A stretch of 64,000 nucleotides of DNA from Mobula hypostoma (taxonomy: Eukaryota), in the NCBI RefSeq assembly GCF_963921235.1, contig NC_086097.1, forward strand, positions 230,766,001 to 230,830,000, given 5' to 3'. The notes under the pieces were generated by a model. It saw only the letters and a program-made list of their open reading frames with translations. It had not been told where the DNA came from and ran no database searches. Within the stretch, counting starts at the first letter, position 1. Each line of letters begins with the position of its first letter. The position numbers and the translations under genes are program-made. This document shows, piece after piece, positions 41,916-54,804 of this stretch.

Positions 41916-42468
41916 ATCAGTGAGGCCTGCTGTAGATTGAGAGACTGCTTCACCAAGCACCTACGCTCTGACTGCCAGAAAAGATGGGATCTCCCAAAGG
42001 CCACCCATTTTAATAACACTTCCCATTCCAACATGTCAGTTCATGGCCTCCTCTACTGTTGCGATGGGGCCACACTCAGATTGGAGAAGCAACACCTTAT
42101 ATTCCATCTGGGTAGCCTCCAACCCGATGGCATGAACATTAAGTTTTTGAAATTCCGGTAATGTCCCCCCCACCAACTTCACTATCCTCCATTCCCTTTT
42201 CCCTCTCTCACCTTAGCTACTTACCTGCCCATCACCTCCATCTGGTGCTCCTCTCCCTTTACTTTCTTCCATGGCCTTCTGTCCTCTCCCATCAAACTCC
42301 CCCTTCTCCAGCCCTTTATCCCTTTCATCAACTGACTTCACAGCTCTTTACTTCGCCTTCCCCACCACCCCCTCCAGGTTTCACCTATCACCTTGTCTTT
42401 CTTTCTCTTCTCCCCCCCCCCCCGCCGCCGCCGCCGCCTTCAAACTCTGACTCCTCATCTTTTTTCTC

Positions 42469-42506
42469 CAGCCCTGATGAAGGGTCTTGGCTCGAAACAT
42501 CGACTA
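42469..42506 (+). ncRNA. Minimal type I hammerhead ribozyme motif (best-preserved core in the window)
   Basis: CAGCC-CTGATGA-A-GGGTC-TT-GGCTC-GAAA-CATC-GACTA; both core boxes intact; stem I partly mismatched. Confidence 0.62.
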
Positions 42507-43049
42507 CACTCTTTTCCAGTAGATGCTACCAGGCCTGCTGAATTCCTCCAGCATTCTGTGTGTGTTGTTGTGAACTATTTTGCATAATTAGCATCAGCTG
42601 AGGCACTAAAATCTAATATATTGATTGTTGGTGAAATAAATTGCTAATTTGCCTGATTGTTATGAAAATTGGTGTGAGGAAACTATGGATCTCTGTTGGA
42701 AGGACCTAGATCAAATTTGTCTGGCAGGGCCTGCCTATTGCAAAGTTGAATGCATCTCTATACATCCCTCTCTGCGGTTCTCTCTTAAATTTGGTAGGTG
42801 AGCTGCAGGGTATCAAAGAAACTTTCCAGTGTAGTTTGTATAAATAAAATTTCAAGAACTGGAGTATTTACACACTCTTTCAAAATGAAACTTGGTACAT
42901 TACCAGTATTAATGGGATACAGTAAGTCTACTCTTCCCATTTTGAGAAACTAGTACTTCCTTAACATCAGAGATAGGATAACTTAAACTAATCAATCAGA
43001 TTTCAATTGTATCTCGTCCTGAGCTTTATTTGAAATGACAAACCAAATG

Positions 43050-45272
43050 ATCTCCCTGAAAGTGACAATTCTAGCAGACAGGATGGTGAGGAAGGCATAC
43101 ACTGCTTGCCTTCATTGGTAAGGGCACGGCGTATAAAATATTGGGAAGTCATGATGGAGCTGTAATAAATTTTGGCTAAGCCTTCCAGTTCTGGTTGCTG
43201 TATTACTAGAAGGACATGGCATCTTTGGAAAGAGTGAACAAGAGGTTCACCATCTTGCCTGGATTAGAGAACATGAGTTCTAAATCGAGAAGATTATCTT
43301 GGATTATTTTCTCTGCAGTGTTGGAGGCTGAGAGGGGACCTGATAAGATCAATAACCTTATTACAGGTATAGATAAGATAGAATTGTTAAATACTAGAAG
43401 TTTGGCTGACTAGCAGGAAGCAAAGTGTGGGAATAAAGGGGCCTTTTCTGGTTGGTCCCCAGTGACTAATGTTGTTCTGCAGAGGTCGGTATTGGGGCCA
43501 CTTATTTTCATGTTCTTTGTATATCAATGATTTGGATGATGGAATTGAAGGATTTATGGCCAGGTTTGTGTACGATACAAAGATAGGTTGAGCGCCACTT
43601 GGTGTTGAGGAAGCAGGAAGTCTGCAGAAGGAATTAGACAGATTGGGAGAATGAGCAAATAAGTAGCAGATGGAATACAGTGGCAGGAAGTGTATGGTCA
43701 TGCACTTTGGTAGAAGGAATAAAGGCACAGACTATTTTCTAAACGAGAGAAATCCAGAAATCGGAGGTGCAAAGAGACTTGAGAGTCCTTGTGCAGGATT
43801 CCCTAAAGGTTAAGGAAGGCAAATGTAATGTCAGCACTTATTTTGAGAGGACGAAAATATAAAAGCAATGATGTAATGTTGAGGCATTGGTCAGACTGCA
43901 CTTGGGAGCACTGTGAACAGTTTTCAAGCAAAGTTCAAAGCACATTCATTCTCAGAGTATGTATACAGTACACAACCTTGAGATTCATTTCCAAACAGCC
44001 ATGAAACAAGGAAACCCAAAGGAACCCATTAAAAAAAAAAGTCAAACACTTAACGTGCAGAGAAAAGACAGTCCATCCTCAGACCCTTAGTCCAGCGCAG
44101 AGCGTCGAGTTGAACCAGCCCGTCCCTCACCTCGGACCCCGGCACCCCGACCTTTTCACTCTGGCCCAGCGCCCAAGTCGTTTTCCAAGCATCATGTTCA
44201 GTCACTTCTATACAATCTGGGGCCTGGACTGCACCACCTTGACTTCGCCTACACCTGATCTTTCCAATTTGGCCCAGTGCTTAAATTATTTGAAACTTGG
44301 GTCTTCCTTGCGCCTGGCAACGGGCATGCTGCCTTGCCTCAGTTCTGCCACATCAAATTGCCAAAGGAAAGTTACAGGCTATTGTTTGCAATGATCATTT
44401 CCCAGAGAAAGAATGATTAACAAAGTATTTAGTTGTTTTCCTTGTTTCACTGGCCACTAGCCAGAAGTTGCTGAGATTCACCAGCACCATCTTATACTGG
44501 ATAAAACAGTTTTGAGTCCCTTATCTAAAAAAGGAGATGCTGGCACTGGAGAGCGTCCAGAGGAGGTTCACAAGAATAATACCAGGAAAGAAAGGGTTAA
44601 CATATGAGGAGCTTTTGATGGCTCTGGGCCTGTACTCGCTGGAGTTTAGAAAATAAGCGAGGATCTCATTGAATCCTACTGAATACTGAAAAGCCTGTAG
44701 GATGTTTTCTATAATGGGGGAGTCTAGGAGCAGAGAGCACAGCCTCAGTCTAGAAGGACATCCCTTTAGCACAGAGATGAGGAGGAACTTCTTTAGCCAG
44801 AAGGTGGTGAGTCTGTGGAATTCATTGCCAGTAATGGCTGTGGAGGCCAGGTCATTAGGTATACTTACGAGGATGTGGAGAGGTTCTTGATTAGTAAACA
44901 TGTCAAAGGTTTTAGGGGTGAGGAGAGGAATGGGTTTGGAGGAACGGTGGAGCAGACTTGATGGGCCAGATGACCGATTTCTGCTGCTGTCTTTTATAGC
45001 ATAGATTTAAAGTGAGAGGGGGAAAAGTTTAAAGATTTGCAAAGCTTTTACATAGACAGTAATAGATTCTTGGAACATATTGCCATAGCGGTTTGGAGGA
45101 GTGGGGTTGTGATGGTGGAAGTAATGTTTAAGAAGCAGTTAGATATGTACATATGCATATGCAGGAAAAAGAGGGATATATATCATGTGCAGGCAGATGG
45201 GATTAGTTTAATTTTACATCATGGTCAGCACGGACATTGTGGGCAGAAGGGCTTGTTCCTGTGCTGTTCTCC
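43050..45272 (+). mobile_element. Two nested old CR1 fragments (outer 43050-43398 and 44999-45272; inner ~43400-44995)
   Basis: Outer copy resumes at aatactaga|gcatagatttaa; inner copy has RT remnants and NFFSQKVVSLWNSLP. Confidence 0.65.
43925..44504 (-). mobile_element. 580-bp non-autonomous retroposon with 9-bp TSD
   Basis: AACAGTTTT at 43916-43924 and 44505-44513; 5' AAGATGGTG; 3' end resembles the Rex1 tail at 48293. Confidence 0.72.
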
Positions 45273-46617
45273 TTCCATTTAAAAAAAAACAAAGCACATA
45301 CTGAAGACCATTAAATGGAAAATAATTTTATTTCATAAAGTACAATTAAAAAATGTGACAAGTGACAACTTAAATGAACATTCAGAAATATTGCACGTTT
45401 CAGTTATATTTTGGATTTATTTAAAAAGCTTTGTTTAAATGTATTCCCTCGTTATTACAGAAATTTTAGAATTAAAAATTAATGACCAATAATTTAGTGT
45501 TTTTGGAGATGTAATTTGCATATTATATGACAAGTACAATTTCCCTCCTATCTTCTAATCCCAATCCAATTTAGGTTAACACTATCACTCCTCTTGGTCA
45601 ACCTCTATAATGTTCATATGAGTCGTTCCCATGGAAACTCTTCATCTCATAAAAGCTATGCCATTATATTGGCTTTGTCCTGTAATCTCTCTGAGAGTAT
45701 GAAACAAAAAAAAGTGTTGGGAAAAGTTTATCCAAATATTACCACAATATACCCATACCCAGTGTCAAATGTCTAGGCTAATGTTCAGCAGGGAAGGGAA
45801 TCTGCCAGCCTCATCTTCTTCAAAGTCATGTGAATCAGTGATAACATCCTCAGAGGACCCACGAACTGGCAATATGCTTTGATGCCACATCCACTGTTAA
45901 ATCAGAATTACTAATTCAGAGAGGAATTTAAATAAAATGATGTATGGGAGCTATCCAAGTCAGCATTACAATGTGCATATTGAGCTAAATGTGCTCAAGA
46001 CTGGATACTTAAGATTCAATAAAGATAAAATGTAACAATTAAAGGATGATCCAGTTTTTAAAAAGATAATTAAGAAAAAACTATGATACGTTAATTACTG
46101 TTTTAAAAAAAACATAACTGAAATTTAAAGATAACAAAATGTGGTTCTCAAAGTAGCTACCTGAAATTCAAAACATCACCCTCCACTCAGACTTTTCTTC
46201 AATATATCTTAAGCACTGGCAGGCTTTGTGTTGAATTACTGAAATATTTCTGTAAATTAAAGAATGTGTACCTCAAGGCCTACAGAAACAATGCCTATGT
46301 CCGCAGTCTTCTTCCAGCTTGTTTTTCTTAAACAGCTGTTTGGGTTCCTCTTACAGTCTCAAATTTATATTCCCACTTGCCTCAGTGAAATCTCTTGGAA
46401 ATTTGCAGTTCATCTTTGCCGTACTCCACTTGTTCTGACTCCTCCAGTCTGCTTGCTACTGCAGAGGTGTTACTTCCTCATTCAATTTTGTCCCCGAGGC
46501 CCTGGCTAACAGGGACAAACCACCCTCCTGTGTCCAAATTATTTTTGTCAAAAATAAGCTACTGGAGACTCAAATTATTAAAATCACAAATACAGCAACA
46601 GAAAAAAAAATCATTAC

Positions 46618-46650
46618 CTAGTTCACATGGATTCTTCCAGCTGTAATGCA
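46618..46650 (-). other. Candidate 33-nt exon upstream of the TMEM200C coding exon
   Basis: Acceptor atttttgtag and donor TAG|GTAATG. Confidence 0.42.
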
Positions 46651-48232
46651 CTACAAAAATAATTAAGTTAGTGATTTGTCAAATATAACTATTCAATTTT
46701 TAAACCATCAACATATTTAATCTCTAGAATTGTTTCTCTTTTTTTTACCCTTTTCTTTAGTTATTACTATTTCTGTGGCTATTCTGCTGGAGCTGTTATT
46801 GCTGTTATTCTGCATTTCCTCTCTCTGATATATTTATGATAGCTATGGATATTTTGTTTTTCTCTAGCTTAATGATCCAAAATCTCTATAGGTTCCTTGT
46901 TCTTTACTTGACAAGATTAAAATTATTGATTTTACCAACAGTATTTCCACAGAAATGAGCTACTTTGTAGGGAACTGTTTTCACTTAAAATTACATACAA
47001 CTGATGACATACTGTACCACATTATTAGATTTCATTTTCAAAGAACATTTACAGTGGAGTAGTCTCCACTGATTAACTTGGCACCACTAGATAACTGATA
47101 ACTGCATTCTAAGTAAACCGTCAATGCTAGCTGTATGACACAAGTTTGCAATTAACTGTCTTCAGAATTCATTTTGGAAATCTCAACAAGAATGAAAACC
47201 ACAATTCATTACCAAAAGATTTTTTTTTTGACTTGAGGCTTAAACATTCTGAAGTCAGTTTTATGTGACTGATGAGAAACACAGCATACATAAAGAAAGT
47301 TAAACAAGGCAGACAACTGCCCATCATAGGGTGGGCACCATGATTATTACAGCAAAATTTAATTTGAAAGATGAAGGTTAAAGTGAGATTAGGAAAAGGG
47401 CAGAAAACTTACAAGAAGTTAGCCCTGCCAAAACAATGCTGGGAAAACTAGAGCATACAAAAAGGTTGAAACTCAGATGGAAGTCAGCAGTTTTTTATGA
47501 TGCAGCAGTGCAAAATTTTCATGTGCCTTGGTATCTCACCACAAGGGAACACATTCTGCATAAAACAAATCTTAAATTAAAAGTTCATTTCATGGCTGCA
47601 TTTATTTCTTTGCATCCCATGTGTAAATTTACTCCATAGATTATTGAATTCCTATTTTATGCCTATGATTTTACTAACTGATTCACTGCATCCAAGGCAG
47701 AGTTAGAAAATGTGCAACTTTTCCCCATTTGAACAGTCTTTCCAATATATACATCTTTAAATTAAAAGAATTATAGTAAGCATTTATGCTATATTTTTCC
47801 AGAAGAAAAAACTCTTGATCTTTTAAATCAGTATACAGTATAATTAAAAAATATACCTTCACTTAATAATTAACAATCAGAAGAAATGGTCAATAAAATT
47901 AAAGCAATAAGCAGAAACAGTTTGAAAAACAATTTACTGAACAGCTTAAAATAAATGCAGTTATCTACACTAATGTATATTAAAAAAATGACCATATGCA
48001 TTTTCCATCCAACACCAGGAAGTGTCAAAACAAACTGCACAATTCAAGTAACTATAGCATATTATATAGAACATAAACACTTACAACCAAAATGTGATAT
48101 TCCATATATACCAAGTATCTACCATTCTCTAAAGACACAAAGCAATGCTGATGAAAACCAAGAGACATCAGTGCTAAAGTGTGGGTAACAAAGTGGGACA
48201 TTGGAGGCAAGTTAGAGATTGTAGGCATATAC

Positions 48233-48251
48233 CTGGCCCTTGAGTATCAAC
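48233..48251 (-). other. Candidate 19-nt micro-exon
   Basis: Strong acceptor cttctctttcag and donor CAG|GTATAT. Confidence 0.38.
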
Positions 48252-48292
48252 CTGAAAGAGAAGATGAAGCTTAATGGTATATCGTACATACT

Positions 48293-49660
48293 TTCAAAGT
48301 TCAAAGTAAAGTTATCAAAGTACATATATGTCACAGTATACAACGAGGTTCTTTTTTGTGGTCATACTCAATAAATCCATAGTAGAATAATAACCATCAT
48401 AGGATCAATGAAAGACCGCACCAAACTAGGTGTTCAACTGTTGTGCAAATAGAAAAAGAAATAATAATAATAAATAAGTAATAAATAACATGAAATGAAG
48501 AGTACTTGAAAGTGAGTCCATAGGTTGCGGGAACATTTCAGTGATGGGGAAAGTGAAGTTTGAGTGGTAGTAACTGTTCCTGAACCTGGTGGTGTGAGGC
48601 CTGTGGCTTCTGTACATTCTTCCTAATGGCAGCAGTGAGAAAATAGCATAACCTGGTTGGTGGGAGTCGCTGATGATGGATGCTGCTTTCCTGCAATAAC
48701 ACTCCGTGTAGGTGAGCTCAACGGTGAGGAGGCGGCAACATCCACTACCTTTTGTATGAATTTCCATTCAAGGGCAATGGGGTTTTCATACCACCAAGCT
48801 TTGATACAGCCAGTCAATATAGTTTCCACCACACATCTTCACAAGTTTGTTAAAGTATTAGATTCAGCACGATGTCTTCGCAAAGTCCTAAGGAAGTAGA
48901 GGTACTGCAGTGCTTTCTTTGTAATTGCGCTTGCACGCTGGGTCCAGGACAGATCCTCTGGAATGATAACACAGAGGAATTTACAATGCTGATCCTCATC
49001 ACCTCTGATCCTCTGATAAGAACTGGCTCATGGGCCTCTGTTTTTCTCCTTCTGAAATTAATAACCAGCTCCCTGGTCTTGTTAACATTACTTGTTATTC
49101 TTGCGGCACCACTCAGCCAGTATTTTCAATTTCCCCCGTTTCTGCTGATTTGCCACCACCTTTGATTCAGCCAATGACAGTGAAGTTATCAGCAAACTTG
49201 AAAATGGCGTTAGAGCTGTGCTAAGCTACACAGTCATAAGTATAAAGCGAGTAGAGCAGGGGGCTAAGCACACAGCCTTATGGTGCACCTGTGCTGATGG
49301 AGATTGTGGAGATGTTGTTAATTAGAACTGACTGGGGTCTACCAGTGAGGAAATCAAGGATCCAATTGCACAAAGAGATATTGAGGCTAAGATCTTAAAG
49401 CTTATTGATTAGTCAAAAGTGTCTGACGGTATTGAATGCTAAGCTTTAGTTGATAGAGAGCACCCTGTTGTATGCATCATTGCTGTCCAGATGTTCCAGA
49501 GTTGAGTGAAGAGCCATTGAGGTGGCATCTGCTGTGGACCTGTGGCATCCGTAGGCAAATTGGAGTGGATCCAAGTTGTTTCTCAGGCAGGAGTTGATAC
49601 GTTTTATCACCAACCTCTCAAAAAACTTCATCACTGTGGATGTACTGTAAGTGCTACTTG
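48293..49660 (-). mobile_element. Old Rex1/Babar LINE fragment
   Basis: VMKFFERLV...LDPLQFAY...STADA; ETILTGCIKAW; SHRPHTTRFRNSYY; (TTTGAAC)n tail. Confidence 0.78.
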
Positions 49661-50229
49661 AGGATAGCAAACTTTGAATAGCAATCGGCAGAAACTGACT
49701 GTGTAAAGGCAGAGATACACATTGCTGGTGACTAGTAGGTGGTTATCAACTTCAAAGGTTCATTTTATTGTAGAAGTATTTATGTATAACACAACTTTGA
49801 TACTTGTTTACTCCAGATAGCTATTAAATACAGAAAGACAATGGGTGTTGATGAAAGACATCAACTTCACTCCCCAACTCCCCCCGACATGAAAAAGAAA
49901 CAAAACTCACAGACCCCAAAATACACCCCTCACCTGCAGCAAAAAAACAACCACAAAATCAATAATCTTCTAGACATAACAATCCCTGACCCATGTCACT
50001 CACAGAAAAAAATGGCAACAGTAGGACCAAACCCCCAACACCCCCTACAAAAAATTAACAGATCACCCATGTGCCAATCGACCACGGGAAAGAAAACACC
50101 AAAAATCTTAAAGAAACCAATATAAAGTACAGTTCTATAATCATATACATCTCAAAATATGGGAATGTCTTTTCACCGTATATGAGGAAAGCAGCTGAAT
50201 GAACTCAGTCCTTCTGTAAAGAGTGACCG

Positions 50230-50932
50230 CCTACTTGGGTCCTTACGCCGATCAGGGTCCACCCGGGGCCAAACGCACCAATCTAGCTGCTGACCATCTC
50301 ACACACAGCCATCGCTGACACCCTTCGCATTCACCCTACTTGGGTCCTAACGCTGATCAGGGTCCACCCGGGGCCAAACGCACCGATCCAGCTACTGACC
50401 ATCTCGCACATAGCCATCACTGACACCCTTCGCATTCACCCTACTTGGGTCCTAACGCCGATCAGGGTCCACCCGGGGCCAAACGCACCGATCCAGCTAC
50501 TGACCATCTCGCACATAGCCATCACTGACACCCTTCGCATTCACCCTACTTGGGTCCTAACGCCGATCAGGGTCCACCCGGGGCCAAACGCACCGATCCA
50601 GCTACTGACCATCTCGCACATAGCCATCACCGACACCCTTCGCATTCACTTGGGTCACTGAGACCCTTCGCATTCACCCTATTTGGGTCCTAATGCCGAT
50701 CAGGGCCGAGCGCTGCCCACCCAGGACCAAACGCACCGATCCAGCTGCTGACCATCTCGCACACAGCTATTGCTGACACCCTTCGCATTCACTTGGGTCA
50801 CTGAGACCCCTCGCATTCACCCTATTTGGGTCCTAATGCTGATCAGAGCCGAGCGCTGCCCACCCGGGACCAAACACACCGATCCAGCTGCTGACCATCT
50901 CGCACATAGCCATCGCCGACACCCTTTGCATC
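50230..50932. repeat. Tandem array: four 105-bp units then two longer variants (143-bp period)
   Basis: Unit starts at 50231, 50336, 50441, 50546, 50679 and 50822. Confidence 0.95.
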
Positions 50933-51139
50933 CATCTCAATGCTTCAGCCTTCCTTGCCGCTTAAAGATTGAGTCATTCACAACCCCGTGCCTTATTTCT
51001 GGTCTTTCCCAAAAGTCAACATGTGTTCCTGGACCTTTTCCTGCCCCATCTCTGATCTCCACAAGACAGCTCTCTGGACACAGCACAGCACTAGATTCTT
51101 CTATTGGGACTTCAGGAGGACTCACACCACTTTCCCTCC

Positions 51140-51870
51140 CCCCCCACTTTACATCAACAGCACAGCAGTGGAAACTGAAAACACTTTCAAAATCCTGGGA
51201 GTGCACATCACACACAACCTCTCATAGTCCCAGAACACATCCTACACAGTCAAGAAAGTTCACCAGTACCTCTACTATCTGAGGAGGCTGAAGAGAGATT
51301 GATTTTGCACATCCACACTCACGTCATTCTACAGATGCACCATCGAGAGCATCCTGATAAGCCGCATCATTGCTTTGTACAAAAACTACACTTCAGTGGA
51401 CTTGAATGCTCTACAATGGGTAGTCAAGATTGCCCAGTGCATCACCAGCACCAGCCTTCCCACCATCAAGGGCATATATACAGAGAGGTGCCAGAAAAGG
51501 CCCAGTAACATCATGAAAGATCCCACCCATTCTGCTCATGGACTGTTTGTCCACTCCCATCAGGGATGAGCTACATAACATCCACAGCAGGACTATCAGA
51601 CTCAAAAACAGTTACTTTCCCCAAGCAGCAAAGCTTATCAATACCTCCACCCACTAACACCACCACTACTTTACTATTTCTCGTCAGTAGGCTTCTGTAC
51701 AAGCTAGTCTCACTTTATGGACACAATATATATAAACTATCTTACGTATTTATATTTATTGTGTTTTTATTATTATTGTGTTCTTTATCTTGAGTTCAGA
51801 TCCGGAATAACCATTATTTTGTTCTCCTTGTGTACTGGAAATTACATTAAACAACCTTGTATCTTGAAAG
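51140..51870 (+). mobile_element. Old Rex1/Babar LINE 3' fragment
   Basis: TFKILGVHITHNLS; ALQWVVKIAQCIT...IMKDPTH. Confidence 0.72.
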
Positions 51871-52994
51871 TGTGTAGAGATTGATGACAAAGCAATAGGG
51901 CACAGCACTGACAGAAGCAACAAGCCTTCATAAGCACTAATCAACTGGTGAATGTGTTGAATTCCATTATCAATTTTTCTTAATCATATTCAAGATGCCT
52001 AGAAAAATAAAAAAAAAAATTATCCTTGTTTTGGACCAGAATTAAAGCTGCATGGGAACTGCTGAAATGCTGACAAAGCTGGACCTTAAAAAGCAGCAAA
52101 CTTGAATCATTATAAACAATGAAAGTTTGACAGATTCTCAGGATTGTATGTTTTTACTGGCAGCAGATAAACAGTGTTCAGCAGTTAGCCAGTGTTGAAG
52201 CTTAAATGATAGATGGCCTAATAATCCTCCTTCTCACATACAATCCCCATCCTATGGTCTGAAATGATTCATAACAGTGCAAATATAGCTAGCAAGCATT
52301 TCTTATTTTTTCATTAGAACTGCAACTTATTAATTATGGTAGAAGAGTAAAATAATGAGGAGGAAGAAGATGCTTAAATTTTAAATCTATAACCATGCGA
52401 AATTTCTTTCTCTGCATGTAATTTTGTTATCCAGATGAGATCTACTTTGTGAAAACTGCAGCCTATCTTGTGGTGCAAGGGTCTACAATTGCATGCATAA
52501 TTGCAAAGCTACATGCATCAACCAATAACCTTTAATTGTCCAAAAGTTGTGTGCTCCTTCCATTCCTTACAAAACAGCTGCATTCGAAGAACAAAGTCAT
52601 CTCTTTTTCCAACTGAGTATTGATTTATAAAACAGTGACCAGGAAACCACAAGTTGTTTTAAGCATCTCCAACTATAGGCTAGCCTAAAGTTACTGGCCA
52701 TGGTCACCATAACAGCTATTGGCAATGCAATGCTCTTCCTTCTGTGATCTTACAGTTCTGGATGCAGGTGCCATATGTGGACATTCTTTCTGAAGTTCAG
52801 CACTTTCCTGTGCCAGGGTTCAAGTAGGCAATTTCTCCCCGAACTCTCTGGAAGGCATGGCTTCCTCTTCCCACTGTTCTTGAAGCTTAGTTATCTTTGT
52901 AAAATTTTATCAAATTTGGAATAAATGGATTGAATTCATAACTCCAAAGTGAGCAGACTTTAGATGACTCCCCTAATGGTTTATACTGCTTTTC

Positions 52995-53545
52995 TCATCA
53001 ACATAGTAATAGTGTTAACGTAAGCACCCTTGATTCCAATGTTTACTGTTCTTTTTTGAAAAACGGGGAATTAACACAAGTAAAGGAAAAGATTTTGTAA
53101 AGGAAAAAACAATGATAAAATGAAGTAAGTACATAGGGATTGGAGAAGTATGTTGGTGGGTAGGAGCAAACATGAACGAGTTAAGATATAAACATCTACG
53201 ATGGAAGTTACATAGGGCTACATACAATATTTTGGACCAGAAAGAAATGGACCAGAAGAGATAAATGGAAATTATTATTCAACCACTTATTACTATTTTT
53301 TTTTAACAACTATCATTTCTTAGTCTAATAGAATGGAAAAACAACTGCACATAATTATCTATTTAAGCCCCTAATTACTTTTTATATCACCTCAATGTGT
53401 ACTTGCGAATGTATAAATAATTATAGATTTATACATATATAAAAAATGGAAAAGGTTATACATGTTAAAAGAAGTCTGTATAATACTTGCAAATATCTTA
53501 TCCAAATAAAAATAAAATTAAAAAAAAGAAAATGGAAAAAAAAGA
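52995..53545 (+). mobile_element. Possible old L1-clade 3' end
   Basis: A-rich strand bias ending in AATAAA and an A-rich tail at 53504-53545; no clear coding motif. Confidence 0.3.
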
Positions 53546-54279
53546 AGCTTCGTTATCTTTGCATGTCCTCTACTCATCTGCCTGGTTCGGCTGTATCCCT
53601 ATTGCTACTATGTGGCAATATCTGGTATTCTGAAGCCTTCTAGCCAGAATCTTGTTTCTTAGGCCATGAAGCACCCTCAAGATCCAAGTCGATATTAAGA
53701 ACTAGAAATCACCCAATCATCATACCATCAGCCAGTAGAAGTCAAGGGCAACTGCCGTGTAAGTGGCTGAGAATCAACTAATAACACAGGTGGAAGTATG
53801 GTGGGATGGTAGGGAGTAATGTGGAAACCAAACAATCCCGAACTCATATTAAGGGAAGGTGATAGTTGGAATGTTGCCTTCCAAATTGACTCTATTGGTG
53901 AAAGTTGCCATTGGATTGTCTCATGAAATGCATCTGGTAGGCAAAAGCAGTGCACATGCTAACATGTTTACCAAAACAACCACCAGTAAGACTGAACTAT
54001 AAACACGTGAATGTGCACATTGAATGAACATCCACAACAAATTTGTCATCTACAATGCATAAAATACAAGGATCCAAGATTTTCAGTACCTATTGAAATA
54101 TATAAAATTCATGACATAATGTCAAATGAACAGAAAAATGTTCTAATTATAGTTTCATGATGCAAGAATGAAAATTTCCTTGTATATTATGATTGTATAA
54201 GACATTTTTGTTTTCATTGTTCCTTTCAAACCACTGAGTTATATTGTAGCAAGTAGGTACAAGCATTTTAAAGCTTTAA

Positions 54280-54565
54280 CAGTTTAAGAATAAGGGGTAG
54301 ACAATTTAGAATGGAGTTGAGGAAAAACTTTTTCACACAGAGGGTTGTGGTTCTGTGGAATGCTCTGCCTCAGAAGGCAGTGGAGGCCAATTCTCTGGAT
54401 TCTTTCACAAAAGAGTTAGATAGAGCTTCTTAAAGATAGCAGAGTGAAGGGATATGGGGAGAAGGCAGGAAAAGGGTACTGATTGTAGATGATCAGCCAT
54501 GATCACAGTGAGTAGTGGTGCTGGCTCGAAGGACTGAATGGCCTACTCCTGCACCTATTGTCTAA
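54280..54565 (+). mobile_element. CR1 3' end fragment
   Basis: Matches the CR1 3' end (gatcagccatgatca...cctactcctgcaccta). Confidence 0.8.
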
Positions 54566-54804
54566 CATCCTATGCCACTCAATGGTGGGATGTAGTCTTG
54601 TGTCCTTCACTGCATATGTGCCTATAGAGGAAGAGGTTTTGGTTCCAAATCTTGCTGATTTTATTTTGGTGTGCACACTAAAATTTATCATGATGGTGTA
54701 CAATCTGGCACCTCCATTAAGCTTCAAACACCAAATATGGTCTTTTACTAGCTCTGTCATGACTATCTCTCATTAGGAGTTTTACAACTGGTATGTCACC
54801 CAAG

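Larger units (their letters stand above)
40357..42570 (+). mobile_element. Penelope-like element (RT thumb, GIY-YIG, terminus) split by a CR1
   Basis: RVPLVLTYHP; ...CGLLY|ISE...ATHFN...LEKQHLIFHLGSLQPDGMNI; hammerhead motif at 42469-42506. Confidence 0.85.

Noticed and set aside
42411..42438. Poly-C/(CCG)n run giving a polyproline ORF (42161-42541)
   Set aside because: Microsatellite within the pyrimidine-rich PLE 3' region; no gene evidence
46272..46505. Possible additional minus-strand exon (donor GAG|GTACAC)
   Set aside because: No clear acceptor and no recognisable coding frame; too weak to call
50230..50932. Regularly spaced repeats as a CRISPR array
   Set aside because: Whole units repeat with no unique spacers; eukaryotic context and no cas genes
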